A stretch of DNA of 64,000 bases, taken from NCBI RefSeq assembly GCF_001194135.2, contig NC_068981.1, positions 122,350,148 through 122,414,147 on the forward strand, given 5' to 3'. The notes under the pieces were generated by a model that saw only the letters and a list, made by a program, of their open reading frames with translations, was not told the origin of the DNA and made no database searches. Position numbers and translations under genes: made by a program. How positions within the stretch are numbered: the stretch's first letter is position 1; each line of letters starts with the position of its first letter. Positions 53,743 to 64,000 of this stretch are shown one piece after another. The stretch comes from Octopus bimaculoides (lineage: Eukaryota).

Positions 53743-56700
53743 ATATATATTNNNNNNNNNNNNNNNNNNNNNNNNNNNNNNNNNNNNNNNNNNNNNNNNN
53801 NNNNNNNNNNNNNNNNNNNNNNNNNNNNNNNNNNNNNNNNNNNNNNNNNNNNNNNNNNNNNNNNNNNNNNNNNNNNNNNNNNNNNNNNNNNNNNNNNNNN
53901 NNNNNNNNNNNNNNNNNNNNNNNNNNNNNNNNNNNNNNNNNNNNNNNNNNNNNNNNNNNNNNNNNNNNNNNNNNNNNNNNNNNNNNNNNNNNNNNNNNNN
54001 NNNNNNNNNNNNNNNNNNNNNNNNNNNNNNNNNNNNNNNNNNNNNNNNNNNNNNNNNNNNNNNNNNNNNNNNNNNNNNNNNNNNNNNNNNNNNNNNNNNN
54101 NNNNNNNNNNNNNNNNNNNNNNNNNNNNNNNNNNNNNNNNNNNNNNNNNNNNNNNNNNNNNNNNNNNNNNNNNNNNNNNNNNNNNNNNNNNNNNNNNNNN
54201 NNNNNNNNNNNNNNNNNNNNNNNNNNNNNNNNNNNNNNNNNNNNNNNNNNNNNNNNNNNNNNNNNNNNNNNNNNNNNNNNNNNNNNNNNNNNNNNNNNNN
54301 NNNNNNNNNNNNNNNNNNNNNNNNNNNNNNNNNNNNNNNNNNNNNNNNNNNNNNNNNNNNNNNNNNNNNNNNNNNNNNNNNNNNNNNNNNNNNNATATAT
54401 ATATATATATATATACGTAGGGTATAATAGAAAAGAGATTTTCCTGATGTTGACGGGTGACGTTGAGTAGGGTTATGCTGTGTAATTTGCCACAGTAGCC
54501 AAGTAAATAATATCAGTTAGGTTTTTCCTCGTTATTCCCTTTTGTTTACTCTCTAAGCTCCACAACAATCACCTTCAGTTATTATTGTTAGTTCTCTATC
54601 GAGCAATATAGGTACGGCTGTTGGTGCAATGATCGCAGACATATTAAGCTGGAGAACTGAATATCATTGTGCTGTAATTTTAAGGTGTATGCTAACAGAA
54701 TTAAGAAATGGAAACGATGAATAAAATGTTGAAGTGATGCTATTCGTATGTGTCGTATGTGTAAATAGTTTATTTTTCTATTTAATGTACTAAACAACAA
54801 TGAACTAAACGACAAATTTGATTATACAAAACTAGTAATGTTTTATCAAAATTTGAAATAATTACATTCGTTTACTATTTTGCGACAAGTAATCACTGAG
54901 GTAAATAAAAGTAATGATGTTATAAAACATTTGCTACATCCAGTAGCGTCGATAGTAAAAATGAGGTAACAAAATGGCAATTCTGACTACATCAGCATCC
55001 TAAGTATAGATAACAAAGATTGTCCACTGATGTCGAATTTGTGGGGAAAACTATGTTGATATAAATTCATACATACCTATGTATGTACGTGTCTGAGCGT
55101 GTGATGGTGTGTGTGCATATCTATATCAATATTGTATCAATAAGCATATTTTAGTATTGTGAAGCGTCACTGGTAGAAACAGATCCTAATTCATTTTGAA
55201 ACTTAAACTGACATTCCAGCCATTCAATCAACCAAAGGTATGTATTTGTCAATTTAGATTAGACTTAAACTGAAGAGAAATTGACGCCTCTATATGTAAC
55301 TAGTTGTAAACATGCTTATCAAAATGATCTTATATATATTCCTACAAATACGACTATAACAGTCTTTCCGTATTCGTAGTAATATTTTGACATATGTTAA
55401 GAATCACAGACAAACAGCAATCAGCGTCGTGTTACAAAAAGATTACAAAATCTTGATGAGAAAAATATAGTCATTATGATTAGCATTTCTGTTAAGAATT
55501 TGCAAGAAACTTGACATGCAATTTGTTATCTGATGAACAAGTGAAACAAAACTAGAAGGTAAATAAACATGCAAGGTGCTATATGTAAAGAATGAATGAA
55601 AGAAAAAGGTGAAGTGTCGTGATATCATTTTAAAATATGATGTTTACATGACAATACAATATAATTTGTTAATTTAATTTGTCATTGATATCTATGTAAT
55701 CATATATGAGTGCGAATCTGTCTGTATATCTATATATATGCATGTATGTATATATATGTATGACTGTATATGACACGCTCATATACACATGAAAGCACAA
55801 ACTTGCGCGCAGGCACATACATTCATTCACACACATACACTCAGACTTATAATTCTCTTTTTGTCCACTTCTGCTAACGTTAAAGTTGATTTTTCTTCAA
55901 ACGTGATGGCTTGTCAAGTTGTCTGTCATTGTCATTGGTTTATCAGTTGTTGATAACTGTATAATATTTGAGTTTCGATGGTGATTTTCTGGAATACTTG
56001 ATTCAGTTTTATTTTCGAACTTCTAAATCTGGCTTCTTGTAATATCTATCTGATTTTATATATGTGTGTGTATTTGTACGTGTGTGTGTGTGTGTGTTTG
56101 TGTGTGTGTATATGTGTGTGCATAAATTTTTGACATGATATAAATGGTTTTTCTTTTTTCCATACCGAACATTTCCGCGATAAGCTGGAAGAAATTCATT
56201 ATGAGGCGAGTTTGAATCATAGCTGTTGATGCTCACTCGGAAATTGCACGAGTTTACATCACTTTTTTTTCAATTTTTGTAATTTACAAGATTATGAAGA
56301 ATAATCTCTAGTGGTTAGATTTTATATTAGCAAAGCTCTTTGGGACAGCCACCCGAAATTTGCTCTATAGCNNNNNNNNNNNNNNNNNNNNNNNNNNNNN
56401 NNNNNNNNNNNNNNNNNNNNNNNNNNNNNNNNNNNNNNNNNNNNNNNNNNNNNNNNNNNNNNNNNNNNNNNNNNNNNNNNNNNNNNNNNNNNNNNNNNNN
56501 NNNNNNNNNNNNNNNNNNNNNNNNNNNNNNNNNNNNNNNNNNNNNNNNNNNNNNNNNNNNNNNNNNNNNNNNNNNNNNNNNNNNNNNNNNNNNNNNNNNN
56601 NNNNNNNNNNNNNNNNNNNNNNNNNNNNNNNNNNNNNNNNNNNNNNNNNNNNNNNNNNNNNNNNNNNNNNNNNNNNNNNNNNNNNNNNNNNNNNNNNNNN

Positions 56701-57102
56701 NNNNNNNNNNNNNNNNNNNNNNNNNNNNNNNNNNNNNNNNNNNNNNNNNNNNNNNNNNNNNNNNNNNNNNNNNNNNNNNNNNNNNNNNNNNNNNNNNNNN
56801 NNNNNNNNNNNNNNNNNNNNNNNNNNNNNNNNNNNNNNNNNNNNNNNNNNNNNNNNNNNNNNNNNNNNNNNNNNNNNNNNNNNNNNNNNNNNNNNNNNNN
56901 NNNNNNNNNNNNNNNNNNNNNNNNNNNNNNNNNNNNNNNNNNNNNNNNNNNNNNNNNNNNNNNNNNNNNNNNNNNNNNNNNNNNNNNNNNNNNNNNNNNN
57001 NNNNNNNNNNNNNNNNNNNNNNNNNNNNNNNNNNNNNNNNNNNNNNNNNNNNNNNNNNNNNNNNNNNNNNNNNNNNNNNNNNNNNNNNNNNNNNNNNNNN
57101 NN

Positions 57103-57198
<96 letters not shown>

Positions 57199-57216
57199 AA
57201 GAAGAAGAAGAAGAAG
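57103..57216. repeat. (AAT)n(GAA)n microsatellite
   Basis: Visible runs after a gap. Confidence 0.95.
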
Positions 57217-57767
57217 AAATACCCTGATGCAGTACCTGGCAGTGGATCTCATGGCTTCTCAGCTGAACTGATTGGTAGTGTTATCATGTAAATTGTTTTG
57301 TCTTCGTATAATAGATGGGCTAAATCAAATAATCTGCTCAATACCACAGATTTGCTTGTCAGTTGCTTGACCTTAACCAGTTGAGCTTTTCCTTTGGTGG
57401 CTGATGATATCTGCATCTCTGATCACCAGCAGCAGTGGGAAAGCATCATAGCAATCTGCTGAGAGGAATTATTTTGGGGTTGAATAATTACCTCTCTGGA
57501 GACAGGAATGTTTCATTGAACATCGTTAGGTAACCCTTATTCATGGAGCTTTTGAGTGGGATGGGCTACTCAACCTGAAGAAAGATTTAACTGGGCCCCC
57601 ACCTGCAAGATGATGCGCTGTTTATCTTGATATGTGATCCCATATCACGCACAATTGGTTGTGATACTTGTGCGTGGCCTACACTTATAATATCATGATG
57701 AGTGTAATGGGTTTCGTTTATTTGTAAACCCGTGTCACTTTTGATGGCATGCAATGTTCTTTCACTC
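57217..57767 (+). mobile_element. Unclassified ~550-bp interspersed element, copy 2
   Basis: Homologous to the reverse complement of 18331-18900; shared blocks include ctgatgcagta, ctgctcaataccaca, aaccagttgagc and ccccacctgcaag. Confidence 0.8.
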
Positions 57768-57852
57768 AATAATAATAATAATGATGATGGTGATGATGAC
57801 GATGAGGATGATGATGATGATGATGATGAAGACGACGACGATGATGATAATG

Positions 57853-57928
<76 letters not shown>

Positions 57929-57945
57929 TAATAATAATAATAATA
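57768..57945. repeat. (AAT)/(GAT)/(GAC) compound microsatellite
   Basis: Visible triplet blocks. Confidence 0.95.
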
Positions 57946-58232
57946 AACGAGAAATGTTCCTGTTATTCTGTTATTGTAGGCGCCGTAGGTATGAGAAAAA
58001 TCGGATGTCAGAAACATGTAGATAAGATTCCAGGAGAACCATGTCTCAGAGAAATCCAAAAGATCGTGCTGACAAGTACTGCCCCATCCTTAACAACCTT
58101 ATCAATTTAAATGTCTGTGTTGTATTAGATGAAGATATATCACTACCTCCGCCCCAAGAATTCAGTCATACTGTAACATCACTTATCTGTGTGTATCTTG
58201 GCAGGTGGCTGTAACAATGGGGATTAAGAGTA
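57946..58232 (+). mobile_element. RLE-type LINE extreme 3' end with (TAA)n tail
   Basis: 'VIVGAVGM...DKIPGEPCLREIQKIVLTSTA' is a typical RLE ORF end. The 3' UTR shares gtcatactgtaacatc with 59730-59745 on the minus strand. Confidence 0.8.
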
Positions 58233-58315
58233 AAATAATAATAATAACAACAACAATAATAATAATAATAATAATAATAATAATTTGAACAAAACTGTAC
58301 AAATNNNNNNNNNNA

Positions 58316-58381
<66 letters not shown>

Positions 58382-58994
58382 TCATAAAGATTGATGGAAA
58401 CTTCACGAAGGCAAATATACTGTTATATGAGTACCATGTGTTATGTAACATAACACAGACTGACTTCGGTTTTTGAGCTCAACAATATTTCGACAGTTCG
58501 TTTGTCTTCTCCAACATAAGCAAAATGACAGATAAATTCCATCCGTTTTATTCTAAATCTTTTAACTTAGTGTTTACTTTATTTCTTGCTTTTTATTTTT
58601 CTCAGATTTTTTTTTTTTTTACTTGTTTCTTGTTTCATCAATTACTAACGAGTAAAGTGATATGTTTGTTGGTTTAAGAAATAACGCAACTTAGTCCAGC
58701 AGAAACGTTGATTTTCTACATTTTTGCGCATTTTGTAAATTGATTCTACAACTGTTGAAATACTGTTGTCTTCAATAAACAAAATCAATCTTTGTTATGT
58801 ATCGCAACGCAATATTCTAATTCTGTAACCACCACCACTGCCACCACCACCACCAACAACAACATCACCACCAACACCACCAACAACAACACCACCACCA
58901 ACACCACCACCACCNNNNNNNNNNTCGAGGGTTCCCCAAAGACTGGAATATCAACATTTTCCTGTGAGTATTTTAAATTCCCCTCAAAATAGGT

Positions 58995-59430
58995 TAAAAC
59001 ATATATATCTACAGTTTTTGAGCACACAAATGATCAGCTGTAAAACTTTTAATATCTACAACTGCTGTGAATATGTTTCCTTTCTCCCTGAGTATTCGGA
59101 AACGTAAACATCCTTTTTATTCTAAGAATACTGCAGTTTTCTCTATTCGGACAAGCAAAAGATCATTTCTAGTAAATCTTAAAACTTTACTATCTACAAC
59201 TTTCTCTGAAAATTTATTCTCATTTCTTTCCTTTCTCCCTGAGTATTCGAAAATGAAATGTAAAAATCCCTTTTATTGCAAAAACACTACTGTCTTCGCT
59301 AATGGGACATACAAACGAACATCTCTAGAAAACTTAAAAACTTGAATATCTACAATTTTGTGTGAAAATTTTATCTTTCTTTTCTGCCTGACTATCCGAA
59401 TATATAAACACACCTTTTATTGCAATAACA
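58995..59430. repeat. ~150-bp degenerate tandem repeat (about 3 units)
   Basis: tttcctttctccctgagtattcg is exact at 59076-59098 and 59227-59249. taaaac...tatctaca recurs at 58995, 59041, 59180 and 59335. Confidence 0.8.
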
Positions 59431-59580
59431 CATTTAAATGCACAATAAAAAAAAATAATGAAAAGGTAAACACCAGCCAATATATACAAACTGCACAATT
59501 ACAAAAACTGTAAGCTACAGCAAAACTGATAAAAAGAAAAGGAAGAACAATTCAGATATTCAAAAACTCAACAATTATTA

Positions 59581-59651
<71 letters not shown>

Positions 59652-59653
<2 letters not shown>

Positions 59654-60020
59654 ATACTTTTAATCTGCACGTTTGTTACAACCACTCGCCGAGACACACC
59701 CAATGTCCTAGGACGAGTGAAGGATTAAAGATGTTACAGTATGACAGAAAGTTTGGAGAGGACATGTTGCAATGGCAGTAGCGAAATATCCGACCTTTGC
59801 AATACATCTAGATTGTAGGGTATCTCTAATGTTTTCAGGTGTATTTTCAGACTGAGTGGTATTGAACATAGGCTCCGATGACAATAGGGGTAACCTTTAT
59901 GTTCGTCTCTCGGAGCTGCCACATCTTAGTCTCCATATTTATCAACATCTCAAGTCTCCATATTTACCAACTTTTTCTCTTTCTTCTATGATGATATGTT
60001 GATCTCCTGGAACTATTTTC
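59652..60020 (-). mobile_element. RLE-type LINE 3' end with (TAA)n tail
   Basis: 'KEREKVGKYGDLR', 'KMWQLRETNIKVTPIVIGA' and 'SIPLSLKIHLKTLEIPYNLDVLQRS'; the 3' end runs into the (TAA)n tract at 59575-59650. Confidence 0.8.
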
Positions 60021-60039
60021 CTGAAATCTAGGGCACAGA

Positions 60040-61420
60040 AACGCACTGTATACATTGGTAGGCCATTAAAATAAACACACCAAATTGTCCATTTACAGAG
60101 TCATCTGACAGAGAAAAGCGGGAGGTCAGAGAGAAAAATTGAAAATAAAAAGTAAACAAAAAAATAAAGGGGAAAGGGGTAAGAAAATTTACAGCGACAA
60201 TGTTTTCTTCAATATGTGTAACATACCAGTTAAGACAATGTTTTTGCGCTTCCTGTATCGATTGTAAGTCAGGGATCATTCTTAAACAGTTTTCAATTGC
60301 TTTTTTGATCATTCCAAGTGCTCCCACAATCATTGGTATTGTAGGCATCTTGAGATGCCACATCTTTTCGATTTTGATTAGCAAATCTTTAAATTCTTTT
60401 GCCGAGATATAATGAATCAATAAACAGACTTTATTGTTTTAGTCTTCCACAAAAATATCTGGTTTATTTGCTTTGATGGTCCGGTTTGTACATACTAAGA
60501 AGTCCCAAAGAATAGTTACATATTTGCCCTCAGTTTCAACCTCAGGATGGTGCTTGTACCATCTGTCAGCAGTTTTGATTTTATAATACCAACACATTGT
60601 AGATTATGGGCAACTCTGTCACGTCTTGATTTGTACTCTACAGGTGCTAAAAACTTACATCCAGAGATTAGGTGGTTCATTTTCTATTCCATCGTTGCAG
60701 TATCGGCACTTTGTGTCTACACCATTTTTCATCACATTGGCTTGATATTTCCGGGTCATAAAGCCTTCACTCTGTGTCTTTAGCCCAGAGCTACGTGGGT
60801 ACTGATGGGTGTGCTTCTGGTCTACATCAGTTTGTTTGGTACAGTCCACATTTTAGCCATACAGAGGTATTTGCTCCCTCCTATCAAACAATTGTTCAAA
60901 CGCATTTTGTTTGCTATTGATTTAAACTTCTTTGCAAGTGAAGTTGCTAAACTTCCATTATGCTGTTCAACATGTGTATTATGCATAAGCACAATTGAAA
61001 ATACGTCTTTCATAATTTTCAATGAGCTTTTGCATCCACTCGTTAGATATTTCAAGATATTTTACCAATCCAATAGTGGTGGTTTTGTAGATTTCAAATT
61101 GGATCAAGCCTCGACCTCCTTGAGTACTGAGTGGGTAAAGATGATCTGCATCTGTCTTTGGGCGGTGAATCTTATTGCAAGTGAATCTTATTACGTATTT
61201 TCCAGTCAATCTTCCCTATTTCCATCATATTCCAGTTAAACATATTGAAACTTTAAATTACAACCGCAATTGCTAAGGAATTTATAGCTAACGCCTTGTT
61301 AGTGCATTTAACTCGGATTTTAGGACTGTTCGAACTCTCTTGTAACACTCCTTCCTGATATTCTCTTTCATGCCTACATGCTGAATGCCAGGACCATCAT
61401 TTATTCCGAATCTTTTGTTC
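60040..61420 (-). mobile_element. RLE-type (R4/Dong-like) LINE, 5'-truncated, from RT thumb to 3' UTR
   Basis: 'HLYPLSTQGGRGLI' (post-RT), 'TKCRYCNDGIE' (knuckle), 'TILWDFLVCTNRTIKANKPDIFVED' (PD motif) and 'IPMIVGALGMIKK'; many disablements; the 5' end abuts (TAA)n. Confidence 0.88.
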
Positions 61421-61423
61421 CGC

Positions 61424-61487
<64 letters not shown>

Positions 61488-61831
61488 ATTATTTTATTTT
61501 TAAAGGATTGACGTAACCCTTCACAAAGGTAAATAGACAATATAAAGAGTGCCATGCGATTGCAATAGATATTTTATTGGTTGAACGATATTCTGATAGC
61601 TAACATGTCTTCGTCGAGTTCAAAAAAAGGGATAAAAATTCAAAATTCATAGTAATTAAAATCCAAAATATGAACGTGAACAATTGGCATCTCTACGTTG
61701 ATGGAATGTTATGAATCTTTAAATTTCAAGTTTACAACTGACAAACACAAAAAGAAAGAAAATAAGAGAGAACGAAAAGGAGAGAAAAAGAAAAGTTTTG
61801 TGTAAATATGATGAAATTATTTCTTTCTTTC

Positions 61832-62290
61832 AGGGCGTGATGTTAATAACCTGCCAACACATTTTCCCCATGCATTTTGAATACTGAAAATGTAGCAGAT
61901 TCAGAATATTTTCTGAGAATATGCACTTTCAAGTCTTTTTTTCAAAATTGTAGCCGTTTGATGCAAAATATGCGTGAAGTTCTGTCGAACTACTCCTATT
62001 GTACCTGACGTCGAATCTGTGCCCATTAAATTTGTTGTTTAATTGTACTGTTCTTCAACCAAGATAAATGAAACTGTGCTTGGTGCATGCTGCTGCGTAC
62101 ACCAAATGGGAATCTCTACAACGTCCCACCTTCCGTGTAAATCATAGCAATTCTGTTATGATTCATGACGGAATTCACTTGACTCATGTCGTTGCACAAT
62201 GAACAGAGCTCAATCTGTGAATTTACTACACTTTCAGTACTAAAAATGTATGAGGAGAAATATGTTGGCGGGTTATTAACCTCACACCCT
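61832..62290. mobile_element. ~460-bp non-autonomous TIR element, probably a mariner-like deletion derivative
   Basis: ~72-bp imperfect terminal inverted repeats (agggcgtgatgttaataacctgccaac / agggtgtgaggttaataacccgccaac). The interior weakly resembles mariner EVL..PYSPDLAP ('EVLSNYSY' then 'PDVES'). Confidence 0.7.
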
Positions 62291-62577
62291 CGAGGAATGA
62301 ATAAAATGACATGAGAATTTCTTTATATTTGCACAAAACTGCTTGATTAAATATTCCTCCTTCTTCCTTGTCTTTTTTTCTTTTGTTTTCTTTCTCTTTC
62401 TTTTTGCCAGTTGTAAACTTGATGCTGATTACTCTCGTTCGTATTTTGGATTTGAATTTCTGTAAGTCTGAATTTTTATCACTTTTCATTTGGAACTCGA
62501 CAAAGACATGCTAGCTGTCCAAATATCCTTCAACCAATACAATATCCATTGCAATCCCATCGCGTTCTTCGTATTGT

Positions 62578-62578
62578 C

Positions 62579-62662
<84 letters not shown>
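62578..62662. repeat. (ATT)n microsatellite
   Basis: Visible run. Confidence 0.97.
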
Positions 62663-62665
<3 letters not shown>

Positions 62666-64000
62666 CACAATATATAGAACAAAATAATTTGCATTGTCCT
62701 TTACTGCTTGCTCAAAGGTATTTTCATTCACACATTAAGTGAAATTTCTGAAACTGGGAATGGAAGCGGAGTCAATGTTTGGACAATGTTTGTTTCAGAA
62801 TCCACTATCTGTCAATGTTTTTACTTTCTCGTTTGTATTTTGTAATGATGGATGTCAGATGCGCATATTCTGAAAACTTCATATTGGAATATATTCACTT
62901 CAGCATCTCTATCAGTGTTAACATCAAAGAAACTAAATAAATTGACTGCAGTATATACGCATACACATAATAATTGCATTGTCACGTCGAAAAGTGGGTG
63001 TCGTGTACCCCTGATAATAATAGAAAACGTGTCACAACTTAAATTACATTCTCGGTCTTTTAATATATTTACAGAGTTTTCAAAAGAAACACACACTATC
63101 AAACAATAATGCCATAACCACACAGCCACGCGCAAACACGCACAAATATATGCGCACACGCACACACACACACACACAAATAAACATACACACAATCATA
63201 CACAAACATGCACAGAACTGAATGTATAATAAGCAGATACAAACAATAATAAATCGAATGTACATGCATACACACAACAAGAACAATTAAACTTTTAGGT
63301 TATTTCTGGGCATGTAACTGGTGGTTATTGACAAACAGCTTGCGTGTATGTTTGGCATGGCAACCGCTTTGTGTATAAGGCATCACTAGTCGTTGACATG
63401 CGCAATACGTACGCGTAGACATCGTACAGCCGAGCAATTACCAGCTGTATTACATGATAAAAAAAAGATGATACACGCACAAGAAGTACTACATGCATTT
63501 TACAAATATATAAATATATACTCTAGCTCATCTTCTACACCGAATTAGCACTAACCGGACATACAGATATGAACTAATGTCAACACACGTATATTACAAG
63601 CATATAAAGTTTATACTCATACGTTCATCACGAGTATAATATGCATGCATATATTCATGAAGTGTGAATATAAATATTTAATAGATAATAGTGCACATAT
63701 GACAAATAATTATTAATTGTCTGGCAAGTATATAAATTGCTTACAAAGATACCAGACATTTCTTACATACAAAAGAACCTCCCATCAGATATTTGTGGAT
63801 TAATCTAAATTTCGGTTTCTGTTAAATAAGTCTTGTCAAAACCTCTTTCTTAAATAAATATTATTATGCTGGAATTTCTTTCAATCTTGCTGCCACAGAA
63901 AGAATGTTTCTATGGTGCAATATTTATACTAATAAACTATCAGTGTTGAATCATTGCGAGAAATTATTTCGACACTTCTGTTTAAAAATGAATAGAAAAC

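Noticed and set aside
55528-55560. CTGATGA-acaagt-GAAAC
   Set aside because: There is no stem III/NUH site and no stem I partner.
58995-59430. CRISPR-like repeat array
   Set aside because: The context is eukaryotic, the inter-repeat sequences are homologous to each other rather than unique spacers, and there are no cas genes.
63350-63366. RFX X-box-like tttggcatggcaac
   Set aside because: One half-site is poor and no associated gene start is visible.

Overview
AT-rich, repeat-saturated eukaryotic genomic DNA from a draft scaffold with 17 N-gaps, most of them flanked by microsatellites. The SINE families and microsatellite density look like those of a coleoid cephalopod, probably Octopus; this is pattern recognition, not a database result. 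I could not confidently recognise any host protein-coding gene, rRNA, tRNA or CRISPR array, so the window reads as intergenic or intronic. What is identifiable is mostly mobile DNA: many tRNA-derived SINEs of at least three families; five RLE-type (R4/Dong-like) LINE fragments, four of them next to (TAA)n tracts; a CR1/L2-type LINE 3' end; a 5'-truncated RTE-type LINE end with three C2H2 fingers; Penelope-like GIY-YIG fragments with degenerate hammerhead-like motifs; a decayed Tc1 transposon; a TIR-bounded mariner-like element; and a 200-bp palindrome. Almost all ORFs in the supplied track are microsatellite or gap artefacts. The best leads are the three-finger RTE ORF whose start codon comes from its own target-site duplication, the hammerhead-like folds, and an unclassified ~550-bp element bounded by microsatellites. 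I see no strong evidence of a wholly new biological system.
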